From: Verrucomicrobia subdivision 3 bacterium UBA6082
GTDB taxonomy: Bacteria; Verrucomicrobiota; Verrucomicrobiia; Limisphaerales; UBA8199
DNA: 64,000 bases
Direction: 5' to 3'
Assembly: GCA_002428665.1 (NCBI GenBank)
Contig: DIXK01000019.1
Span: forward strand, 28,758 to 92,757
This document shows, piece after piece, positions 11,013 through 19,800 of the stretch. The stretch's first letter is position 1, and each line of letters opens with the position of its first letter. The translations under genes were made by a program, and so were the position numbers. The notes under the pieces are model-generated. The model saw only the letters and a list, made by a program, of their open reading frames with translations. It was not told where the DNA came from and ran no database searches.

Positions 11013-12644
11013 CTACTCGGAGCGAGGGAGCTTCATCTTCCTGGGGCGACCAGTTACCCGATCAACCGGCCAGGGAGAGTGCATCTTAACCAGACGGTCG
11101 TGGAGTTTGGCGCTCAGTTCCTGCAATTGGGCCGATTCAGTGGCAACCAGATTGCGAGTCTCACCGAGATCCGAGTTGAGGTCATACAGTTCCCATCGCT
11201 CGCCCTCATAGAAGTAAATGGCTTTCCAGTCTCCCAGGCGGATCGAACTATGCGGCTGGTATCCAGCCATGCTGCCTGCTGGATAAGTGATCCACACATT
11301 CGGAAAGTGCCAAAAGAGAGGCGACCGCCGGACTCTCCGAGCCGGATCCTCGAGCAAGTCCGTCAGGTCCTCCCCATCCAATGACAGCCCCGTAGGCACG
11401 GCGACGCCACCCCAGCGAAGGAAAGTGGGAAAAAGATCCTCAACCATTACGGGCCGCGCACACCGAGCGCCGGACCGAATGCGCAGTCTTTGCTGCATCA
11501 ACTCGCCCTGCTTGGGCTCCGCCCAACTGACGATGGCCGGCACCCGCACGCCACCTTCATAAGCCGAACCTTTTCCCTCCCGCAACGGCAGGTTGTGAGT
11601 GTCCTTGCCGTTGCCCAGAATGTGCTGCCCCCGCACCCCATGACTCACGCCGCCGTTGTCCGTGTAGAAAATCACTATCGTTCGTTCAGCCACACCAAGG
11701 GTTTTCAGTTCATCCAACAATTGCCCCAACGATGCGTCCATCCCCTCGACCATCGAGGCATACAAAACTTCGGACCGTGCGACGGGTTTGTCCCGATAAT
11801 GCTCATCATACGGCCGATGAAGCTCCAACGGGGTATGGACAGCATAATGCGCCAGATACAGGAAGAACGGCCGATGCAACTCGGAGACAGCTTTCCGCAC
11901 CTCCTTGCAAGCCTCCCTGGTCAGCGCGTCTGTCAAATGAGTATCCGTGCCTTTGTATTCCTCGAGCCCGGGAACGGCCCATACCTCACGCTTAGTCAAG
12001 CCGTCCCCATACCGCTTTAATCCATCGTAACTTCCGGGAGCCCCTGCGGCGTGACCGGCGACGTTCACCTTGAAACCGAGTTTGAGCGGGTCACTGCCGG
12101 GCGTGCCCACAGCACCCCAGTGCGCTTTGCCGACGTGAATCGTGTGATACCCCGCATCCCGCAACAACTCAACGACCGTGGGTGCGGTCCCCGGTTGGAA
12201 ACCCTCCTTTTTCCAAGGAGGCGGCAAGAGTTGATCTGATTCATGGCCGGTTTCGCCTTTCAACGTCCAATTCGTGACGTGGTGGCGGGTCGCGTTTTGG
12301 CCGCTGAGCCACGACACTCGGGTGGGGGTGCAAACCGCGCAGGCATAGGCCTGTGTAAAACGAACTCCGTTTCGCGCCATTCGCTCCATGCTCGGAGTCC
12401 GAAAGAAATCATTAAACCCTGTCCTCTGGGTGTGAAACTCTACCGAGGTATCCTGCCATCCCATATCATCCACCAGGAAGAACACGATGTTTGGTTTCGG
12501 TTCCTGAACCAGCGCGGCACGGCCAACCGCAACAAGGCACAAGCAGAGCAACAGGACTGCAAAGTGTCCCAACGATACCCGGATGCCTGGTTGGCAGGGA
12601 TGCATCGCAGGGGTACGGCCTTCAACGAGACGGTTCCATTTCAT
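11013..12644 (-). CDS. sulfatase (arylsulfatase family)
   Basis: PNIVFFLVDDMGWQD and the formylglycine motif CTPTRVSWLSG. N-terminal signal sequence; the start could also be the ATG at 12605. Confidence 0.9.
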   Translation of the reverse strand: MKWNRLVEGRTPAMHPCQPGIRVSLGHFAVLLLCLCLVAVGRAALVQEPKPNIVFFLVDDMGWQDTSVEFHTQRTGFNDFFRTPSMERMARNGVRFTQAYACAVCTPTRVSWLSGQNATRHHVTNWTLKGETGHESDQLLPPPWKKEGFQPGTAPTVVELLRDAGYHTIHVGKAHWGAVGTPGSDPLKLGFKVNVAGHAAGAPGSYDGLKRYGDGLTKREVWAVPGLEEYKGTDTHLTDALTREACKEVRKAVSELHRPFFLYLAHYAVHTPLELHRPYDEHYRDKPVARSEVLYASMVEGMDASLGQLLDELKTLGVAERTIVIFYTDNGGVSHGVRGQHILGNGKDTHNLPLREGKGSAYEGGVRVPAIVSWAEPKQGELMQQRLRIRSGARCARPVMVEDLFPTFLRWGGVAVPTGLSLDGEDLTDLLEDPARRVRRSPLFWHFPNVWITYPAGSMAGYQPHSSIRLGDWKAIYFYEGERWELYDLNSDLGETRNLVATESAQLQELSAKLHDRLVKMHSPWPVDRVTGRPRKMKLPRSE

Positions 12645-12772
12645 ACGCGAAAGACAGCGGGACTATGATTTGCGGCCTGGAGGTCGTTCTTTGAAAACAC
12701 ACTTGGCTGCAGGGGTAGATCCGCGGGACCGCGAGCGTCATCGCCAGCCCACAACAAAGAGCGCAGCTAGCT

Positions 12773-13738
12773 TCAGGATGCAGCCCAGGAACGATAAACA
12801 CGGTCGAGTCCGGCGTCCTGCTGGCTTCCGGCGTGCAGAACGACCCGATAACGCATACGCACGGATTTTCCGGCCCCCAGTTCCCACGGTTTCTCCATGA
12901 AGTTCATAGGCGTTGGCGAAGCGAAGCCGTAATCCCTGGTGAACCATGGGGTCGGAGCCCAAGGGTTTCCAGGATGATCCATGATGGCAATTCCCTCCAC
13001 CACGGAAGGCACCGCAGCCCGCTTGCCGTAAAAACCGCACCAACCGGATTTTTGGCCAAAGGTACCTTTTTCACCGGTCAACCCTTCGGCATTAACGAGA
13101 TTGCCACCCGCTTTCGGGGTAATGTCCAAGGCCGCTCGCATGGAAAACAGGGCGTGGTTAGTCTTTTGAACAACGACGCTCTCCACGGCCTGCCACTCTA
13201 TCTCCCAATCAATAAAGCGGAGATTTTCACTCGGAACGGTGAAGGTTAGCTTGCGCCGGTCCTTCATGACTATCGCGCCGTCCGGTTTCTGCCAGTCGCA
13301 TGCATCGAGGATTTCGATAGACTCCTTGGTTGCCTTGGCTAACTTTGGGCTGGAAGAGAGTATCTGACCGGTCTCGAACCCCTCCTGCCAATAATTACCG
13401 CCGTTCACCCGATCACAGCCGAAGAATAGCGAGCGATGATGCGGGTATGGCAAGGTGGTTTCGTCGGTCAACGATAGCCCAGTCACCGGGCCGCTCAACG
13501 GGTAGAGGTAAGGGTATTTCTGCGAACGATGCGCCCGATAACACGTCAACGGCCGGTTATGATAACGAATCCAAATCTGCGGGCCCAACTCATAGGCAGT
13601 TAACCCTGCGGCATCGTCTCCGACCGGGCCCGGTGCGGCGGCAAGTGCCGGAAAGGCCCCGACGATAGGCACAGTGGATGCGAGAGCAGATATTTTCAGG
13701 AATTCACGACGACGGAGCTTGGTAGGCATGGAGCTCAT
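12773..13738 (-). CDS. PmoA-family (methane monooxygenase PmoA-like) protein with TAT signal
   Basis: RRREFLKISALAS twin-arginine leader. KYPYLYPLSGP...PYPHHRSLFFGCDRVNGGNYWQE resembles the PmoA-like family that co-occurs with Gfo/Idh/MocA genes in PVC bacteria. Confidence 0.6.
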   Translation of the reverse strand: MSSMPTKLRRREFLKISALASTVPIVGAFPALAAAPGPVGDDAAGLTAYELGPQIWIRYHNRPLTCYRAHRSQKYPYLYPLSGPVTGLSLTDETTLPYPHHRSLFFGCDRVNGGNYWQEGFETGQILSSSPKLAKATKESIEILDACDWQKPDGAIVMKDRRKLTFTVPSENLRFIDWEIEWQAVESVVVQKTNHALFSMRAALDITPKAGGNLVNAEGLTGEKGTFGQKSGWCGFYGKRAAVPSVVEGIAIMDHPGNPWAPTPWFTRDYGFASPTPMNFMEKPWELGAGKSVRMRYRVVLHAGSQQDAGLDRVYRSWAAS

Positions 13739-14491
13739 GTCTCAAAAAACAAGTCCGCTGCCAAGCACATTTCAGAACATATTTTCGGAGCATCAAGGCC
13801 CATTCCGCAGTCAAGGGAATGTCCGACGCGAGGCACCTCTTTCAGAGGCTCCAAGCTAATCACCCAGCAGACAGTGTTAAGCGTAGAGGTCCGCAAACAG
13901 CCAAGGCCGCCGGCAATTGAGGTAGCTGGACCACAAGGATGACCGGGAAATGGAAACGCAAGATATTGACTTCAACATTGACAAACTAACCACATATGGT
14001 GTACAAGTGTGTTGGGTCTGAGCAGAATCAAGCTATAGGTGTGGACTTTGCTTGGGCGCGTCTAAACCCAAAGAAAGGCAGCAGATGACAAAGACCCATT
14101 TGGCTAAAGCGGCGAGCGAGCCTGAAGACCGATTCCACCGGGTAGAGCCTTGGCAACAACACGAGGAGCAAACCTCCAGAGAATCACTAGGCCTTTCGCC
14201 TGAGAGGATTAAGGAAGGTGCCTCGACAGAAACCACTGTGCTCACGAGGATCCTTGCCCAAACAGAACAGACGCATCAGTGGCGACACTGGGGCATAAAC
14301 GAGTGACACCCCGGAGTTAGCGGAGAGTCACACTGAAGCGGTCGGAGAGCACTCGCCTTTTGAGGGGAGATGCTTTGATGTGGGGGTTTATTGTTTCCCC
14401 CGAAAAAAGATCTGCGCGTAAATCAATCAACAACTGCCCCCCTCCACGACGCCTTTAGCGGTTGAGGAGACGATCGATACTTGGGCGCCTT

Positions 14492-16465
14492 CTAGTTCTG
14501 AAAGGCTTTGGCTTTTTCGGCCGCTGCCCGTGCTCGCTTTGCGAGATCCGCGTTAGCAGTTTTGGCTGCGACCTGATCGAGCACGGGTGCAATTGTGACC
14601 AACCCTTTGGCGAGGTTGCGCTGTTCCACCAACTTTTCCGCCAGATTGACAGCTGCGGTACAGGCTTCCTGGACTACTTCCGGGTCTTCCAAATAAGCGC
14701 TGATTCGCTTGACTGCTTCGGGCGAATTAATGTTCCCGAGGGTGGACACAAGCAACCGCTTCTCGTCTTGCTTTTTCGCGAGAGCGGCGGCCTGCTGGCA
14801 CATATCCAGGCGCTGTTTGGGGCCCATGTCAGATTGGCCCGCAATTCTCAGGTAAGCCCGGAAGCTGATTGCTTTTTCCGCCGAATCCGCAGTCGATTGG
14901 GCCAAATTGAGCAGGTCGGGAGCAACTTCGGGACTATTCCAGCCCGCGAGCGCGCGAATGGCGGCCTGGCGCACGTCCGATTGTGAATCGGTGACCGAGG
15001 TTCGAATTGTCGCCAATGCGGCAGGACCACCAACCGTCGCCAGGATTCGCAACAAGGCCGCTTTTTGCGCTGCATCTGCTTTGGCAAAGCGGGCCTTCAC
15101 CTGGGTAGCAGAGGAGTCGGGATCGTTGGCCGTGACGCACAACGCGGTGACCGTGGCCTCGGCGGCATCTCGCTCGGGCGCGGTCTTGACGGCCACGAGC
15201 AGATCCAGCGCCTTGGGGATTTCATCCGCACCGCCGATTTCGCCGATACGCTTCAAGGCGGCTCCGCGGATCTCAGGGTTGGCAGCCGTCGCCAACTGGA
15301 ACATTTCTGGAAGCAAGGTGCTCATCCGCCGACGTCCTACCATTTCTAGAGCAACCAGACGCTTTACGTCGTCAGTGCCGTTCAACCAACCACGCACTTG
15401 CAGGTCAACGATCGGGAATTGAAGGGAAGCCAGACCCTCGCGCGCAGCCGACGCGACGTCCTGATCAGCAGCGGTCACAAGTCCGGCTAAAGCCGGAACG
15501 GCTTCTGCGTCATTCAATTCCGCCAACCCCCGGACTGCCGCTATCTGGATAGCCTTGTCGGATCGGCTAGCTGCCTCGATGAGACAGGGTGTCGCGGCGA
15601 TGTCCTGCCGCTTGGCCAGGACGTCAATGAGCATAACTTGCTTTTCGGCAGGCAACGTGTTCAGACGCGCCATCAATTCACGGGTGACAGCGGTTCCGGG
15701 CAATTCCACGGCAGCGCGAACACCAGCGGAAAAGACAGCGCGGTCATCACTGCGAAGCGCCTCAGACAAGAGACTGATCCCGGAGTCGCCACGGGCCAGG
15801 ATTTCCCCTCTCCACGCCGCAGTGCGGATGTAGGCAAGTGAGGGTCCTGACTTTCGCACGACCTCGTAAATGGCGATGGCGTCATTGGACTTCCCGTCAG
15901 CCATCCTGGCGGAAGCTATCCGAAACAGCCCCTCGCAGAAGGCCGGTTGGTCCGAAGCAGCAGCGGTTTCACGCGCTTTCTCGAGCGCTTTGGCTGCAGT
16001 CGGTGTGGCCAGCCGGCCCAAGGTCCTCGCGGCAGCCTGCCGCACCTCGGGGTCCTCGTGGTTAAGCATTTTGGCCAACGCCGGCACGGCTTGGGTATCG
16101 CCCCGTACTCCGATGCTACCGATCACCCCGACCAATGGTCGTCCGCTGAGCTTTTCAAGGGCCTCGCGAAAGCCACTGTCAACACTGGCTGCAGGGATCG
16201 GCTCGAGCGCGTATCGGGCCATATGGGACAGCTCAGGATCAGGCAGGAGCGCGAGCAAGGGCGCAACCGCAGACGGGCCACCGATCCGCCCCAAAAGCAT
16301 GCACGCGTCGGCCTTCTCCTTACGGGAAGCACCCGATTTAAGCAGGGCGATGCACTGTTCGGCATCCATGGTTTTGGGTTGCTCCGCTGCCCGCAACCCG
16401 GGAACGACAAACACAGCAAACACTACAGCGGCCACCAAACTCAGATTCGATTTCTTGGTCAGCAT
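14492..16465 (-). CDS. HEAT-repeat protein, secreted
   Basis: Signal peptide MLTKKSNLSLVAAVVFAVFVVPGLRA, then many Ala/Leu-rich HEAT-like repeats (..D..VR.AA..ALG..). ATG at 16465. Confidence 0.75.
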   Translation of the reverse strand: MLTKKSNLSLVAAVVFAVFVVPGLRAAEQPKTMDAEQCIALLKSGASRKEKADACMLLGRIGGPSAVAPLLALLPDPELSHMARYALEPIPAASVDSGFREALEKLSGRPLVGVIGSIGVRGDTQAVPALAKMLNHEDPEVRQAAARTLGRLATPTAAKALEKARETAAASDQPAFCEGLFRIASARMADGKSNDAIAIYEVVRKSGPSLAYIRTAAWRGEILARGDSGISLLSEALRSDDRAVFSAGVRAAVELPGTAVTRELMARLNTLPAEKQVMLIDVLAKRQDIAATPCLIEAASRSDKAIQIAAVRGLAELNDAEAVPALAGLVTAADQDVASAAREGLASLQFPIVDLQVRGWLNGTDDVKRLVALEMVGRRRMSTLLPEMFQLATAANPEIRGAALKRIGEIGGADEIPKALDLLVAVKTAPERDAAEATVTALCVTANDPDSSATQVKARFAKADAAQKAALLRILATVGGPAALATIRTSVTDSQSDVRQAAIRALAGWNSPEVAPDLLNLAQSTADSAEKAISFRAYLRIAGQSDMGPKQRLDMCQQAAALAKKQDEKRLLVSTLGNINSPEAVKRISAYLEDPEVVQEACTAAVNLAEKLVEQRNLAKGLVTIAPVLDQVAAKTANADLAKRARAAAEKAKAFQN

Positions 16466-16484
16466 AAAATAACTCCAGTTGAGT

Positions 16485-17849
16485 TCACAGAATCCAGGGT
16501 TCACGCATCGCACGGGACCGAAGCCGGTTGGCCTCCGGATCGCCGGTAAACTCCTCTTTCGCCGGGTCGTATCGCATATCGCGCTTCAGCCACATGCAGA
16601 TGTTTGCGGCGTGGACGGTGGACATCGAGCCGTGCATCATTTCAGCGTTGGACACCGGCTGCCGCCGGGATTTGATACAATCGAAGAAATTTCGGACGTG
16701 GCTCATGGCACGCTGGGTCCGCGCCACATAATCCTTGACCAGTTTGGAGTAGTCGGACAGCAGGGTCGGTGATGATACCTCGGGGCGTTTGTAACCGTCG
16801 GCGATCGCTACCCAGCCCTCCGTACCTTCGTAGCGCACGCCACAGGAACCGTGCCACCATTTGTCTCCGCGCGAAAGCACCATGGTAACGCCATTGGCAA
16901 ATTTCGTTTCCATGCCGTCGCCGGTCTCGTTTTGGACGTACTTGTATTCGACTGCGGGCGTCTCAGGCGAACCGATAGCCACTTGGCATTGGGCGAAGGT
17001 GTGGGCGCCCCATTCACCGATGCAACTGGTGTGGAAATCATAGAAGCCACGCCAACCGCCGCGCACGTAAGCCGAGTTGTAGGGCCGCCAGGGACAGGGT
17101 CCCAGCCAAAGATCCCAGTCCATTTCATCTTTGCTCGGTTCGGGCTCAGCAGGCAACCAATCGTGCCGCATCTCCGCCGCATCCCAGGGAGCGATATGGG
17201 CGTACACAGTGTTTACCTTGCCGAGACGGCCGGTCCTCAGCAACTCGTTGGCAACGGTGAAATTCTCCTCGCTCAACCGTTGCGTCCCGGTTTGATACAC
17301 CCGCCCATACCGCCGCGCCGCTTCGACTACCGCCTGTCCTTCGGCAATGGTCATCGAGGACGGTTTTTCGGAGTACACGTCCTTCCCGGCGCGCATAGCG
17401 AGCGTGGCCGCCGTGGCGTGCCAGCGGTCACCGGTGGCGATTAACAGGGCATCGATATCCGTCCGTTCCGCTAGAAATTCTCGAATGTCGCGATATGTCT
17501 TGCAGTCGGCGTTGCCATACTTTTCATCGACCCGACGCTTCACCGCTTCGCGTTGCGAGCGTTTGGGGTCGCAGACCGCCACAAACTGAACATCCTTCTC
17601 GGGCAGCATCCAGTTTAGAACCCCGGACCCCCGCCCACCGATACCCAAGCCCCCAAGCACAATGCGCTCACTGGGCAGCACGGCGCCGTCCAACCCCAGG
17701 GCGCTTCCTGGAATTATTGTAGGCAGCACCACAGTCCCGGCTGCGACCGCGGCCCGGCGCAGGAACTGCCGGCGATTGAGACCGTCACCAGCACGTGGTG
17801 GAGTGGAAATAGAGTTGCGAAGCTCGGAGGATAATCGATGATTGAGCAT
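16485..17849 (-). CDS. Gfo/Idh/MocA family oxidoreductase (TAT signal)
   Basis: NRRQFLRRAAVAAG leader, Rossmann GGLGIGGRG, and IDALLIATGDRWH / GKDVYSEKP motifs. Confidence 0.85.
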   Translation of the reverse strand: MLNHRLSSELRNSISTPPRAGDGLNRRQFLRRAAVAAGTVVLPTIIPGSALGLDGAVLPSERIVLGGLGIGGRGSGVLNWMLPEKDVQFVAVCDPKRSQREAVKRRVDEKYGNADCKTYRDIREFLAERTDIDALLIATGDRWHATAATLAMRAGKDVYSEKPSSMTIAEGQAVVEAARRYGRVYQTGTQRLSEENFTVANELLRTGRLGKVNTVYAHIAPWDAAEMRHDWLPAEPEPSKDEMDWDLWLGPCPWRPYNSAYVRGGWRGFYDFHTSCIGEWGAHTFAQCQVAIGSPETPAVEYKYVQNETGDGMETKFANGVTMVLSRGDKWWHGSCGVRYEGTEGWVAIADGYKRPEVSSPTLLSDYSKLVKDYVARTQRAMSHVRNFFDCIKSRRQPVSNAEMMHGSMSTVHAANICMWLKRDMRYDPAKEEFTGDPEANRLRSRAMREPWIL

Positions 17850-18280
17850 AAGCGTGGGCCGAGACTAACACCACCTGTCCGACTTTATCAAAGGTTTTTC
17901 GCAAACTGCCCGCCGCGCAAACGGCACTTCGTCTTTTCGCGCCTATTCGGTGGGAACTGAAAACGCCGAGGATAGACCCCAGCGCGGGCGAAAAAGGACC
18001 GGCAGCAAATCGACTTGTTTACGTGAGCTTGCCAGCCAAACTCACCACCGCCATCCCTGACAACGTGGCGCCGATAGTCGATCGTTTCAATTGGGAGAAC
18101 AAATAACCGAGCAGCAGCAATTCTGCGAGCATTCAGCAAGCTGAGCGGTACTTTGCGTGTCCGACGAACAAGACACGACGAATTACGCCAGTTGCGCATT
18201 TATCACTATTCCCTTATTGTTTCTATAAGTCGCTGTGCTTTGCGGGCAAGTTCGCCCAGGAGACAGCGTTCGCATCCGCC

Positions 18281-19717
18281 ATGGATAAGGCAAATATCGG
18301 TTCCGAGAAGCCAGCCAGGACGAGGGTTCTGGTTGTGGACGACGACCCCGGCACACTGGAGCTCTGTTCAGAGGCTCTTGGTCAGCTCCCGGAGACGGAG
18401 ATTGTCATCGAGTCTCGCAGCTCAAGGGCGGCGGAACGGTTGCAGGCGGAAACCTTCGACCTGCTCGTAACGGACATTCATATGCCAGGGCTCAGCGGCA
18501 TTGAACTGCTGCGGAATGCCCGGAAACGTGACCCCGACATGCCGGCCTTGATGATGACTGGTTATCCCGGCATCGAAACAGCGGTCGAGAGCATGAAGTT
18601 AGGCGCGATGGATTATCTGGCCAAGCCTTTCCTGCCACAGGAATTGGTGGCCAGCGTGCAGTCGCTATTGGAAGGCAAACGTTTGCGTGAGGAGAACCGC
18701 CTGTTGCGTCGCCAAGTCGAACGGACGTATTGCTGCGGCGACCTGTTGGGGAAGAGTGCGGTGATGCAGAAAGTGTGTGACAGAATCCAGCGCGTGGCCC
18801 AAACAGACTTTGACGTCCTGATCGTGGGGGAAACCGGAACGGGAAAGGAGTTGGTCGCCCATGCAATACATCATAGTAGCCGCCGGAGTGAGCGTCCGTT
18901 CGTGCCCGTGAACTGCGGTGCCATTCCGGAGGATTTGCTGGAGAGCGAGTTTTTCGGCCACGAGCGCGGCGCCTTTACGGGCGCGCAGACCCGCAGCCTC
19001 GGCCTGATGGAGTTCGCCAATCACGGAACCTTCTTTCTCGATGAGCTTAACCAGCTCCCACTGCGACTTCAGGGCAAGCTGCTGCGCGTAGTTCAAGAGC
19101 GAAGAATCCGCCGGGTCGGCTCAACCCGGGAGACGGAAATCGACGTGCGGATTATGGCGGCATCGTCTGTATCGCTCGAGGCAGCGGTGAAACACGAGCA
19201 GTTCCGGCCGGATCTCTATCACCGGCTGAACGTGGCCCGGATCGAGCTGCCTCCATTAAGAGAGCGCCTGGACGATATCCCGGTCCTCGTGAAAACCTTT
19301 GTTGAGCGTTACTCAAAGGAACTCGGGAGAGAGCCGGCAGGGGTGACACCGGCGGTCATGGAAGCCCTCATCGACTATTCCTGGCCAGGCAACGTTCGTG
19401 AACTCCAGAACATTGTAAAGCGAGCTCTAACTTGGGCGCGCCACGAAAACCTGATCCTGGAAGATCTGCCGGAGGAGGTCGTCGCCCGGGCAAAAAATTC
19501 CTCCCGGCGCTCCCCTGGTGGTTTCTTTCACCTGCGGGAACGTTGCCTGGCGACCTTTGAGCGGGACTATTTGAACACGGTTCTGCGGGATTGCAGTGGT
19601 GACGTTTCCGCAGCCGCCCGGGAGGCCCAGTTGCCGCGAGGCACACTCTACCGCTTATTGAAGAAGCACCAACTGAAACCGTCGGGTTTCCGTGACGAAA
19701 CTCAGCTCTCCTGCTAG
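18281..19717 (+). CDS. sigma-54-dependent response regulator (NtrC/Fis family)
   Basis: Receiver (VLVVDDD...VTDIHMPGLSG), AAA+ domain (GETGTGKELVA, GAFTGA, ESEFFGHERGAFTG), and C-terminal HTH (AAREAQLPRGTLYRLLKK). Confidence 0.9.
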   Translation: MDKANIGSEKPARTRVLVVDDDPGTLELCSEALGQLPETEIVIESRSSRAAERLQAETFDLLVTDIHMPGLSGIELLRNARKRDPDMPALMMTGYPGIETAVESMKLGAMDYLAKPFLPQELVASVQSLLEGKRLREENRLLRRQVERTYCCGDLLGKSAVMQKVCDRIQRVAQTDFDVLIVGETGTGKELVAHAIHHSSRRSERPFVPVNCGAIPEDLLESEFFGHERGAFTGAQTRSLGLMEFANHGTFFLDELNQLPLRLQGKLLRVVQERRIRRVGSTRETEIDVRIMAASSVSLEAAVKHEQFRPDLYHRLNVARIELPPLRERLDDIPVLVKTFVERYSKELGREPAGVTPAVMEALIDYSWPGNVRELQNIVKRALTWARHENLILEDLPEEVVARAKNSSRRSPGGFFHLRERCLATFERDYLNTVLRDCSGDVSAAAREAQLPRGTLYRLLKKHQLKPSGFRDETQLSC

Positions 19718-19745
19718 CGGCGACTGCCACTTTAAGTCACGAAGT

Positions 19746-19771
19746 GGGGCTCGTTTTTTCGAACGAGCCCC
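19746..19771. terminator. 10-bp-stem hairpin between convergent genes
   Basis: GGGGCTCGTT-TTTTCG-AACGAGCCCC lies between the stops at 19717 (+) and 19801 (-). There is no clear U-tract on either strand. Confidence 0.45.
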
Positions 19772-19800
19772 ATGGGTGGGTTGTCAGGAATACTGCTGAT

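Noticed and set aside
15870-16549. Two 200-aa plus-strand ORFs inside the HEAT-repeat gene
   Set aside because: They are antisense to a 650-aa ORF with a signal peptide and regular HEAT repeats. Their Ser/Ala/Arg-rich composition is typical of shadow frames.
17850-18280. Search for a sigma-54 promoter between the Gfo/Idh/MocA operon and the NtrC-like gene
   Set aside because: I saw no TGGCAC-N5-TTGC-like element on either strand in this 430-bp region.
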